64,000 bases of DNA, from NCBI GenBank assembly GCA_036172245.1, contig JAYWIR010000005.1:6014001-6078000 (forward strand), read 5' to 3'. The notes beneath the pieces were generated by a model, which ran no database searches, was not told where the DNA came from, and worked only from the letters and a program-made list of their open reading frames with translations. The translations under genes and the position numbers were made by a program. How positions within the stretch are numbered: position 1 is the stretch's first letter; every line of letters starts with the position of its first letter. The stretch is from Raillietiella orientalis. Taxonomy: Eukaryota. Below are positions 26,980-37,540 of this stretch, piece after piece.

Positions 26980-27057
26980 AGGATTCATTGCATGCAAAGT
27001 TTTTACCGTATCCTTCAAATTTTCTCCTTTATTAACAGAAGGAGGTTTTATCGGCAG
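26980..27057 (-). pseudogene. pyrB: Bacterial aspartate carbamoyltransferase fragment
   Basis: The minus strand translates to LPIKPPSVNKGENLKDTVKTLHAMNP, matching the alphaproteobacterial PyrB motif SSxxKGExLxDTxxTLxAMxP. Confidence 0.75.
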
Positions 27058-27727
27058 GGGGTAGAACTTCAGTCATTCGAGTGGAATTATAATGAGGCGG
27101 AAAATTATATTACTACAGCTTTAAGGTTTGACTTTCAATATTTTAACATATTTATTTACTATTGTATGTATACATATATACACACACATACAATAACCAC
27201 ATGTATTTATTTTTTATGATCTCTCGTGATTTTGATGGACACCGGTACGCCTGCTGCCATTGCCTTCACCTTCCCTGAAATCTCACGGTCACAAGTGTTC
27301 CCTTGATCTCTCATCCAAAGCCCTCTCGCAAGTCACCATTTTTCTGCATTAATGTTGAGACCAGTTGGTATGACTGTGTATTCCTCCCCCCCACATCCCT
27401 GACGCTCATCCGTGTTAGCGTAGGAAGAATTTTCGTCCTTTTCTCGTGCGAGAGATCGGTCGCCTTAGCAAATCGCTATCATTCTGCTCTCCACCGCCGC
27501 TACCCCCCTATCCCTGTATCGTGCTTCCCCGGACAGTCTTCCGGGCTCTCCTTGTGTCCTCGAGAGTCTCCTATCCAGTGCTCCTCCTACCTCGTTCAAA
27601 AGACACGGCATTCCGTGCGGACAGGCGAGCGAGCGAAATTCCTCCTGCCCTGCCGCCGTTCCCTCGAACTGCCCTGCTTCCACGCGGGTGTTGGTGGGAA
27701 GCTGGCCCTCGACTGCGATGAAGAGAG

Positions 27728-28670
27728 CAACCCGGTTACACCGGGGCGTTTTTTTTTATAAAAACTAAACTAGTTGGAAACATGCCGGTTCCCAACCGAA
27801 TACAATAGAAGTTCAAGGGGAGGGTCCACCGACACGCAGGATGGGAAAACAGAAAGTCTGGAACGGGGGAGAGGATCGGGGGACAACAACTGCAACAAAA
27901 ACACGGCGGATTGGGCAGGGATCTTTGGGTTCGCTCCGTGTGCATGAAGATAAAACAAAAACACCAGGGAAGTAACGGAGCGAACGTAATGGGGAATGAG
28001 AAAAAATAATAATGAAGGGGGTGCAAGGGACAAGGGTCACCGGAGTCCGCCGTTCGTAACTCTCCTCAAGCCGCCGCTGGATGTCGGCGATCTCCTCCTT
28101 CACTTCTTGTTCCAGGTGAGGCCACTTTGCTGCCGCCCTCATGTAGGCGGCTGCAATCCTGGTACCTCCCTTCGTTGCGTGGTCGTCTCGAGAACATGGC
28201 GAGCCGTGACGATGGTACGGCTCTAACCCATGGCTGCGACCACCGGCGTCCGTCAAGAATCCTCAAGGCGCGAAGAACCGTTGCAGCACATCTCGGGCGG
28301 TGTTCTTCTGGTGCAGGAACTCTACATCTAGCCTCCACCACAGTCACTGAAAGGCACTGCAGCCCAAAAGCAGATGAGGCGGGAGCGACTCCGCCGGCTC
28401 GCGCCTGGCACGCTGGCGCGCTGAGGTGGGGAGTTTTGTCGGGGAGTCCATCTTCTCAGCTCGATTCCGCAGTCTCTCGTCTGGCATCAGGGGTGTTCGC
28501 CAGTGCCAAGTCCCACATAATGCGGGACCAAAGGTGTCCTCTGGTTTTGGGGTACACACATCCGTGCTCTGTCGTTCAAAGACTCCCTAGACGGTGCGTC
28601 CAGGGAATGTCTCGTCTTTGCATCAGGAGCGAAGAAACCGTTGGGCCAGTGGAAGGCGGACCGGTTGGCT
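27728..28670 (-). mobile_element. 5'-truncated L1/Tx1-like LINE copy
   Basis: ORF2 C-terminus MRAAAKWPHLEQEVKEEIADIQRRL, homologous to 36100-36250. T-rich 3'UTR and terminal hairpin CCCGG-N5-CCGGG at 27731-27745. Confidence 0.6.
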
Positions 28671-28723
28671 GACGCGACCCGACACCCAGCACACGCGCTG
28701 AAGGCAGCTAGCTGCTAGTTTGG

Positions 28724-29345
28724 GTTTATCACCTGGTCACGCCGGGGTGTTTATTATAAAAAATAAACATACACATGTAGGGCCATCGGCCCTACATCAT
28801 CCGAAAATGTTCGGAACCTGCCGAGTAGGCGGCACGTAGGCTGTCGGGGGTCGCCTCGGCAGCGGAGGGGAGGGCAAACAAAAAGAAAAATATATACGAA
28901 AAAAATTGGGAGGGATCACCGTCCGTTGGAGGGCGACTTCTACATCCTCTCCAGGATGCCGGCAAGTTCCACCTGTGTGTGTCCCAGGTGGGGACATCTT
29001 GCTTCCGTCTAAAGGAGGTGCAGGGCAAAGCAGAGGGCGTCCTTATCGTACCGTCCTCTTCTTGCGTGGCTCCATGCCTCCATAATCCCACGTAGGCTAC
29101 ACTTTGATCTCGGCCAAAATGCCGCGCTCAGAGACGAAGATCATGAAGATCCCAAGTAGGCAGCAAAGAGCTGCTGGGGATGCGGCAGGCGAGAGAGCGT
29201 CGCGCACGAAGAGTCGCTTGGTCACGTCCCTGAGATTGTCCGTTGGTTCACCAAGGGCCGTTGCATGAAGCAACCACAGGGGCCGGAGAACAATACAGTC
29301 CACAGGCAGGCATGGGAGGGATTCCCGTTCTCCGCACCACCATCG
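28724..29345 (-). mobile_element. 5'-truncated L1/Tx1-like LINE copy
   Basis: ESLPCLPVDCIVLRPLW...KRLFVRDALSPAAS is homologous to 30830-30990. Ends in AATAAACACCCCGG-CGTGA-CCAGGTGATAAA. Confidence 0.65.
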
Positions 29346-29349
29346 TTCT

Positions 29350-31556
29350 TTTCCCAAGGGAACCCGGAAAGGAGTGGGCCAGCTCATGAACTCTGCGACT
29401 TCAAGTGCCCCACCGAAGGGACTATTGCGCTGGGGTGAGCTGCTGTTGGGAATCCTACAGGAAGACCTAGAGTGGCCCCCAACGCTGAGGGACAGTCGTG
29501 CCCTCCCCCTGAAGTGAGAGGAGTTGGCACTTCTGCTGTTGCACTGGGGTCTCCCTTGCAATGCTCGCCACTCCCACTGGATCCGCCCTCCCACCCCTGT
29601 GGCAACGTTTCGGAACGACCTCTGGGTCCTGTTTGGCACCCTCAGGAGGTTTTACGGCTCCTCTTTGTGGGGGATGTCCTCTTTGTGGACGGTCAGACTG
29701 GATCCGCTTGGGGATCCCCACAGGCGGGTACATCAAGTACCTTGGAGTTCCGTCATGATCACAATTAGAACACCTCGAAGCCAGATAAGTATGGGACCGT
29801 TGGGGGACTTCTGCATAACAGAAGGTTTGTCCGGCCACCTTCAAAAAGTAGAAATGGAGCTCGCCCCGTTCCAGGACAGCATGGTCTACTTGCTGGAACG
29901 GGTCGTCGTGTGAAATGCATTCGCAACCCCCCTCCTCCGCCCCTTGCTTTTTGTTTGCCCGTCCGAGCAGCTATTCGCAAAAGGACCAAAGACCTCCTCA
30001 GAAAAGCTCTGTGGGGCAAAGGGAGGTTCAGAGTCCGTTTAAAAGACCTCTGTGCTCCGCGTAGGGATGGTGGACTGGGCCTCCTCACGCTGGAGCGGAT
30101 GGAGCGACAGCTCCCATTCCGTAAACTCGTTCTTGCGTCGAAGCTCTGAACTACACCTTGGTGCGCTCAGGCAAGAATTTTCGCCAAACAGGCAACCGGT
30201 TGCAAAGGAGTGACCTCGATCGTCGTGGCCACCGAGTGGAGTCTGGGCCATCTCGGTCCACAGCCCCGACACATGGTTGCCTTTGTGCAGAAGAACCCCT
30301 GGATCTCCGTCCTCCACGCCAACTGGACGGCCTGGCTGCAGGAGTCCCATTTTCTCATGGGGAAAAATCAACGACACGGGCGCGGCAGAGTACATCTGCC
30401 TATGGAACAGCAGATACTCTCTCCAGCCGCTGAAGGAGAAACTGGGGAACACAAGGAATCTGTTGTGGACCTCATTCACCCCCCTCGCCCCAGTGCTGCC
30501 CTCCCTAAGGCTGACAGCCAACTGCCAGCGAGGTGGTAAGTGACCTGCGTGATAGGGAGCAGGAAAAAACATCTGGGTGCGTAGACAATTCGGGAGCTGG
30601 CGGATGCTGCGACCCCGAGTGTCCCACTAAACGGACTGTCACGCTCGGGAGATCTACTACAAATTCCTCCGGAGGAGGTACAGAGGTCCCCAGCGTTCTG
30701 GAACAGTGCAACCCTCCCCTAAAGTGGCAGGAGTCGGCGATCCTGCTCTTGCATTGGGGCCTCCCGTGCAATGCCCGCCGAACCATTGGACCCGAGGGAG
30801 GGCGAGCCCCAACTGCAGCAGGTGTGGCAAAAGAGAGTTCCTCCTGAACCTGCTCGTGGATTGTGTTGCCCTCCGCCTCCTGTGGGAACGCTTCGCCGCG
30901 ACCCTTGGAACCCCCAGCAGCAACCCCAGAAACGTTTTGAAGCGCCTCTTCCTGCGCGACTCCCTCACGCCGGCCGCGTCCCTAGCAGCACCGTGCTGCC
31001 CATGTGGCGGGACCATGGGTGCATGGAACTACGCCGGAGGAGGCCACGACGACAGGGACGCCATCTATTTTGCTGTTCTCTCCATGAGGATAGCGTCAAG
31101 ATGGCCCCATCTGGGAGTCTTGAAATAGAAACCTGCCGGCATCCTTACAAGGATGCAGAGGACAACCTCCAGCACACAGTGATTCCTCTCTGAATCCAAT
31201 CCCTATTTTTTTTTTTTTTTAAGACCAGTAGCGACCCCACGAGGAGATCGTTACTATTGGCCTATGGATGATGGAAATCCTTTTGGGTTCTTCTCTGTCT
31301 TCGCTGTTTTTCCCTTTCCAGCTTTTTTTTTTCTTTTTTTTTTCCCCCATTTTTTGACTGTATGTTTTTTGTGTTATTTTTTTCTTTTTGTTTGTCTTCC
31401 CTCCCCCTGTGCTGCCGTGGAGAACCTCGCCGGCCTGCGCACCGGCTCTCGGCTGGTTCTTGCTGTACATTTTGTAACGTGACAGGAGCATGCATCCTGC
31501 CGCTGAGGTCTAAATTTTTTTTTTAATACATAAACGCCCCGAGGTGTCCGGGTATT
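29350..31556 (+). mobile_element. L1/Tx1-like LINE ORF2 3' half (two adjacent or nested copies)
   Basis: IKYLGVP; LWGKGRFRVRLKDLCAPRRDGGLGL (RT thumb); LLHWGLPCNAR; CSRCGKREFLLNLLVDC (zf-RVT); MRIASRWPHL; T-rich 3'UTR and terminal hairpin at 31538-31552. Confidence 0.8.
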
Positions 31557-31599
31557 AATCCGACTCGGTGCCACGTCAGAAGTCTGAGAACTGGTCTGC

Positions 31600-33550
31600 G
31601 CATGACGTTCACGCCATCGTGCGCCACTCTTCAGTTCGCAACAGGAACGTCCGGAGGAGCAGCAAGGCAGCTCTTCGGAAAACGAAGAGGAGATCCCAAT
31701 CCTCCAGCTCCCAGGAGCTCAGGAGGTTCAGGCAGGACTATTTCTGGTCCAAACTCCCTGGAGAGCAGATGCTCGTCAGAGAGGAAGCAGTTTCCGGACT
31801 CTCTCCTCCCGGCAGGGAGTCGATGCTTCGGAGTTTTCTCCCGGTTTCCTGGGTCCTCAGGGACCGGATGCGCAAGGAGACAGTGGGTTGCTAAGCGGTT
31901 GACTGAAAAACGCCGGCATCTTCTGGGTTCTCGCTCTGCGAGTTGCACAGAAGCTGGCGGTGAGATGACCGTCCGCTCTGCCACCATGAAGGTCCGGAGG
32001 TGGCGGCTCCTGGGGCCTTGTGCGATGGAGCCAACCAGATTCTTCGAGTCCACTCCTTTATCCTGCTCTTCCCTATCATTATCGACATCACCACCATCAT
32101 CATCCCTTCCCCTCCTGAAGCAGATCTTCAAGGAGTCTGTACGTACCAAGGGAGAGCTCCATCCGCCCTCTTTGCCCATCTGCTTGCTTAGCTCCGGAGC
32201 CCTTCTCCAGTTTCAGATCGCCGCAAGGAGGGTGATGGGCAGGGGTGTTCCTTCGTCCTTCCATCTGGGACTTGCTTAACCTTCTACAGGGAGGTGAGTG
32301 GAAAAGCTGGAAGAGGTGGACAGGACAGGCAGACGGCGGGTCTTTCAGTCCGGTGGGGCTCGGTCCCTCATCCCTTGGCGCGCGCAAAGTACCTGATACT
32401 GAGGAGGAGAAACTCAGGCAGACTCGGAGGCAACATGACCTTCCTGCGGAGGGTCGTCAGCGCGCGCTCTCATTCTGCAAACAGCTGCCGGAGCGCTCCC
32501 AGGACGTGGCGGTCACTCTCGTAAGCTCCGCCTCCAAAAGGCGAGCTAAGGTGGCGCGCGAAACATAGGGGGCGATCGCTGGCGTTTGTGCACGCCGCGA
32601 GATCGCCGCACGACATGGCGCGCCACCGGCGAGCGGTTCGTCGCGATGCCACACCTGCCCTCTGTGACGCGCACTAAATTACGAGTAGCAGCAACCACAA
32701 TCTACTAATCAATCAATCCGACGGGTTTAGCAATAGAGGGTGCGGAACATCAGGCGGCGTGCCTTTTGCGGACGTCGGCTTCTTTCACTCCAGGTGATGC
32801 AGCAGGACTCTCTTCCGGAGGAATTGTGAGCTCCGAAGTGTTCTTGATGTTGGCGACCGCTGGTTCCGGGGACTGTCTCGGATCCTTCCGAAACACGCAA
32901 AGTTTGGCCTTTGGTCTCCGGAGCCCGTTTCAGTCCTTGGGAGGAGAGGAACCAGGATTCGTTGCAGAGGGTGGTGCTAGTGAAGAAAAGGGAGGAAGAC
33001 GTGAATTTTTCAAAAGAAGGGTGGCTGAGGAGAGGGAAGATGACAGGAAAATCAGCTGGTTCGTCGCCGAGACTCAAGGCAGAGGGAATGGCGGCGATAA
33101 CAGACCGGGAGGGAGTGCTTTGAGCAGAGAGAGAGAGAGAGATGAAGAAGGAAGGTGGAGGATGCTGCCATGGTGGAGTGCCACGAGAATGCTGGTGCCT
33201 GGTATGACGCCAGTATGATGCTCTGTTTTTTTAAGAAACTTGTTGTCCCTGTGATTCGGGAAAATGGGAGGAACAGGGTTGCATTCGAGTATGCTTTTCT
33301 AGGGAAGCTTGGGGACGAGTTGTCACTCGGAGGGGAACTGCGGGTTCAAAGGGGTTGGAAGAGAAAGAAGAAAAGGGTGCAGGATTAGAGAATTGTCTTC
33401 AGAATCATACAAACAAAGACCCCCTGAGGTGCAACTTGTATATCAGCTGGCCTGGAGAATGGAATCGGCAGCTGCTGAGCGTTTGTTGTACGTAAATGGC
33501 GAAGGAAAGCATTACAATCGTAGCTTTGGCATGGAGAAAACATGATGATG
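31600..33550 (+). mobile_element. Decayed LINE endonuclease and linker remnant
   Basis: RNVRR...SQEL resembles NVRG...LQE. MEPTRFFE...IIIDIT resembles YAP...FF...ILGDFN. Linker-like EEKGGRREFFKR. Confidence 0.4.
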
Positions 33551-34870
33551 CTCCTGCCATTTCAGAGAGCGTATCACCACGAACGGATAGGCTATTTTAA
33601 TCACAAACCATCAGCATGTGCTTAATATTGTGGTCATATTATTCATATGAAGGTGTCTTGGGTGGTTCGCCACTGTATCCACGGGCTCAGGGAATCTCAT
33701 TCGTCTGTGTCTTGGCTTCGTTATATCTCTCTCAACTAACAAGCAACTTAAAACATGGAGGAGCTTGATGCAATTGAGGACGAACTAAGTCAAATTCAAG
33801 GTGATCCAAAATATGGACTCGGTTTTCGATTCCTCTTAACCTGCTTCTGTAGGGGGCCCAAAAGGACGTGATCCCGTCTGCACAAGTTTCGGTGGTTGCA
33901 ACAGGCTGAAGGTAATTTCTCTGAATTCGTTCCAAGTGGAGGCACGAAGACTGGCATATCGTTCGGTTTATCTTCCCGGGAGAGGATTCGGAAAAGGAAA
34001 CGCATGAAGCAGAATCTGCTCCAGATCGTACTGCCTTTAATCTGCACAGCGTTGAACAATCTAATTCCCTGCTGAAGAGTGTTCCCTCGTATGTTGGGCA
34101 GGCGGGTGAGTCTTTCACCCGATAAAGCTTCCCGAGTTCAGTCAAACCTAGGGGAGGGGGGGGGGGGGGGGACAGATGAATCTTTTCAATTGATGCATGG
34201 AACTAAAGGGGAACTCTGCGTCCAATGCAGAATCTTCCTCCGTCCTCATAAAGTCTTCGGAAACACAGCTTCGTGGAACGACCGGCGTCCTCTTCGAAAA
34301 GTGGACTCCGCTTTCGCTCAGGGCTGTCTGATCCGGGGCGAAAGCAGGTTTCCGAGAAAGATTTCGCTTCGACCTTCCCCGACCTAGGCTGGCACTTCTG
34401 GGCACTCCTGAGGGAGAAGAACATCACTTCCACCATCGATTTTCGAACTCTCTCGCCTCCGTTTACCGCTACACTAAGCCAGCCACCCTTCATCTGGACA
34501 TTTGCTCATCTTTGAGAGACAGACCGATGTCTAGGGGTGGCTTCGGTGAATTCTATAGCGGACGCGCATGTCAGAAGCAGTAGGTGACCTCCACTCACAC
34601 TGCAACGAGGGAATTTTTTCTTCGTGGAGTCTGGAGAGCTCCGCTCATCAAGTAGGATCGATAGGTCCTTTGCAGAAGCAAAGAGATGGAGTGCGAAGAC
34701 TATTCAAAGGCGGGCTACAGTTTCTCTTCCACTGCGCTAATGAAGGAGTAACAGGGGGACTCGAGTGCTGCCCCATAAAACGTTTCCGTAGGCTGTGCGT
34801 CAGGCTTTGTTTTGGAGGAAGAAAAACGTGTTATACGCAAGGTGCCACTGCAGTAAGTAACTCCTCACAA
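33550..34870 (-). mobile_element. Decayed LINE 3' portion
   Basis: SPACPTYEGTLFSRELDCSTL (zf-RVT-like) and CPDEGWL (a PxxEGGLG-like remnant). Confidence 0.4.
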
Positions 34871-34929
34871 TGAACCGCCTCCACTGTTTTTTATTTTATC
34901 TAATTTTTTTCACATTTACCGGCCTATCG

Positions 34930-35090
34930 ATGCTCCGTTCACCTCAGCATTAAAGCTTTCACACTAAAGACCACGACTACCAATCTTTAATAATTCTTGT
35001 GGACGCTTCTATGTTTTCCTGCGTTCTATACCTTCGTGGTATTCATAAATCAAAGCATACCTGGTTTTCTCTTCCAAACATATAATGATA
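34930..35090 (-). mobile_element. Possible Ty3/gypsy integrase zinc-binding (HHCC) remnant
   Basis: RYALIYEYHEG and, after a frameshift, AGKHRSVHKNY*RL resemble LIxEYH...GGHRGxxKTYxRL. Confidence 0.3.
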
Positions 35091-35319
35091 AATGGCATGT
35101 CAGATACCAGGATTATTTCGAAAGGCATTCCACCAAACAATAATTAATCAAATCTATTCATGCAATAGGATTCGTGCTGACGTCTATTTTCAATCAATCA
35201 GTTGAGATATTGCTTTAATCTCATACATGGAAGCCAACTGCCATAAAAGGACACTCAAGAGTACTTCTATCCATTTTTGTATTAATCCTTAATTTAATTT
35301 ACTAATATTTCGATGTCGT

Positions 35320-35990
35320 GCCTCCCGCACGAATTCGTGGACGAAGAACTCTTTGGAGCCTGTGTGGTTCTTTCCTTGCCTCCATCCTGTCACCAAGGAG
35401 TGGACTTCCACTTTCTTTCCCAGGATCAGATGGAAGTGCAAGCATCACCCTGGGGACAGTCTCTCTCGGAAAAACTAGCGCAGCTCTCCCGGCGAGCATT
35501 CCTGCCAAGAACAGCAGCGGTGGCAGTAGGGAAGCGCAGGACTTCTCGGGGACAACCAAAGACGTCTTAAGCTTTCTGCTGGTAGTGAACCGAGGACCGT
35601 TGAGAGATGCCATGTGGATTTCTTTCCGCCCAACGAACAGGAACGCGATGGAGACAGGAAGCAGTCCATGCCTACGATCTTCTTGGAAGAGTCCCACAGC
35701 GAAAGCTACCGATCTACTTGGTCAAGGCCTCTCCTTTGTCACCGATCTCGTCGACGACACGCGTCCGCCTCCTTCAGCATTGCTTCTTCTCCTTCAAGTA
35801 CGGAAAACAGAAGATTTTCTCCTGCGACAGATTTCGGGAGATCAAGAAACTCACTGGCCAAAGCGGAATGGTGCACACGGAGGATGAAACCCGACTCCAG
35901 AAAACTGTCTTTCACTCTCGCAGATGGGGAATCTTCCTCACTTCCGAGAGCGATGGGGCAGGGATCTTTGGTGTCGCCCCTTCTGGAGAA
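35320..35990 (+). mobile_element. Decayed LINE reverse transcriptase domains
   Basis: Motifs in the expected order: FPGSDG (KSPGPDG), SFRPTN (WRPISL), DLVDD...ALLLL...KTED (RDLI...LDxxKAFD), MGQGSLVSPLL (VRQGxPLSPLL). Confidence 0.6.
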
Positions 35991-35999
35991 AAAGAAAAC

Positions 36000-37540
36000 C
36001 GAGAAAGTTCCGGAGAGATGGAAGGAGACAATAAAAAAAACAGAAATAAGCAAAAGGGGAGGGGGAACAGGGGACACTGGTCCCGGCCGTTCCTTCCTCC
36101 TAGAACGGGCACTGGATGCCGGCGATCTCCGTCTTGATCCCCTCTCCCAGGTGGGGCCACCTTGCAGCCGCCCTCATGTTGGCGGCTGCCATGCAGGCAG
36201 CCTCCCTTCCCTGCGCTCGCGTCCGCAAGACACGGAGGGCCGTGACGATGGCGCGGACGCAACATCTCGTCGCGACCGCGACCACTGCGCCGGTCGAGAG
36301 TCGAAGAACCGCCGCGGAGGTCACGGGCGGTGTCCTTCTGCGGCAGGAGCGCTGATGCCAGCCTCCGCCGCGGCTCTTGGAGGACGCTGCAGTCCAAAGG
36401 CAGGTGCGGAGGGATCGACACCTTGTGGAGCCGAACGGGGATACGGTAACACAGGGAACGAACGAGGTGGCGACGCTGATCGCACCGGAGTCCCCAGTGC
36501 AGGAACAGTGGTACCTCCCGTTCCCACGTCGTAGGGAGCGCGGAAGTGTTCGCGCACTGGGGAAGGACCTCAAGGGGGGCGGAAGTTCACGCCACCGCAG
36601 GAATCTGTCCGCCTGGATGCGCGGAGCGGCGGCATCCTCCAACTCGCGCGTCTTCCAGCTGCCCAGGAGTTTCGTTTTCCTTGCAACGGTCCAGGAAACG
36701 GAGACTGGAGGCCGGGAGCCTCCGGCCCCTGGCATCTTCCCGACGGCATGCGCCACCTTTAAAAGAGGTCGGCAGTGGCGCCGTGCCCTTGCGCGAAAGA
36801 GAGAGAACGCCGCCGGCGAGGGTTCAGGGGTTGGACGGTGTGTCTCGCCCCAGAAAATGCGTCTCTGGTATGTTCGATCTTCACACTGTGCTCTGGTGGC
36901 TATTCTTTTCATTTCAGTTCGATGACACATGGTAGGACTGTCTTTCGGCGAACACCATTTCACGCGTCATAGAACTTTCAGGAGAATGGATGTCCCCCAT
37001 GAGGAACTCTTGGTTTCCCCCTTCTTCCCTGGACAGCTGCGCGCTGCCCATCCACATGCAACGGACGCTTCTGCTATTCATGCATTGGAAAGTCCCATGC
37101 AACAAAGAACGCCAAAGGGGCTGGCCGCATTCTGAAAGTTTCCCTGGACTGTGCGGGGTGAGCGCCGGAAGAAACCATCCCGCACCTCCTCTTGAACTGC
37201 AGCACTCTTCGTGTGGGTTGAGAACGCGTCCCACTTCCAGAAAATAGCTCAAAGAACTTGTGTAGGGCTTCTTCCTCCAAGGTGGACTTTCTCCAGCCGC
37301 AGCGGTCGCGACCTTGTGGCGCATGCACTCGTCTTGCGATGGAGTCCCACTAACGGCGGCGAAGGATGGCCATCCTCCCAATCAGCTCCATGCCAGGGGG
37401 AGCAGCAAGACAGCCTCACGTGACTCCAGAAACAAAGGTGGACACCTTGTCTGGACTGATGGAAAGAAGGTTGGATCCCGGTGACTCTTCTCCTTTCCGC
37501 ATCCCCTCCCATCACTCTCGAACCCTCTCCCAGGACTGAC
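36000..37540 (-). mobile_element. L1/Tx1-like LINE 3' portion
   Basis: MRAAARWPHLGEGIKTEIAGIQ, homologous to the 28066-28250 copy, followed by a T-rich tail on the minus strand. Confidence 0.55.

Noticed and set aside
27060..27130. NSTR on the minus strand, possibly the PyrB STRT motif
   Set aside because: Out of frame and wrongly spaced relative to the pyrB tile; may be chance.
26503..27140. CRISPR-like array interpretation of the bacterial tiles
   Set aside because: No repeated unit separates the tiles, there are no cas genes, and the context is eukaryotic.
28724..29680. Apparent twin-priming 5' inversion of a LINE
   Set aside because: The plus-strand part continues (29586-29680) into the same region carried by the minus-strand copy, so two head-to-head copies fit better. 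No TSD was found.
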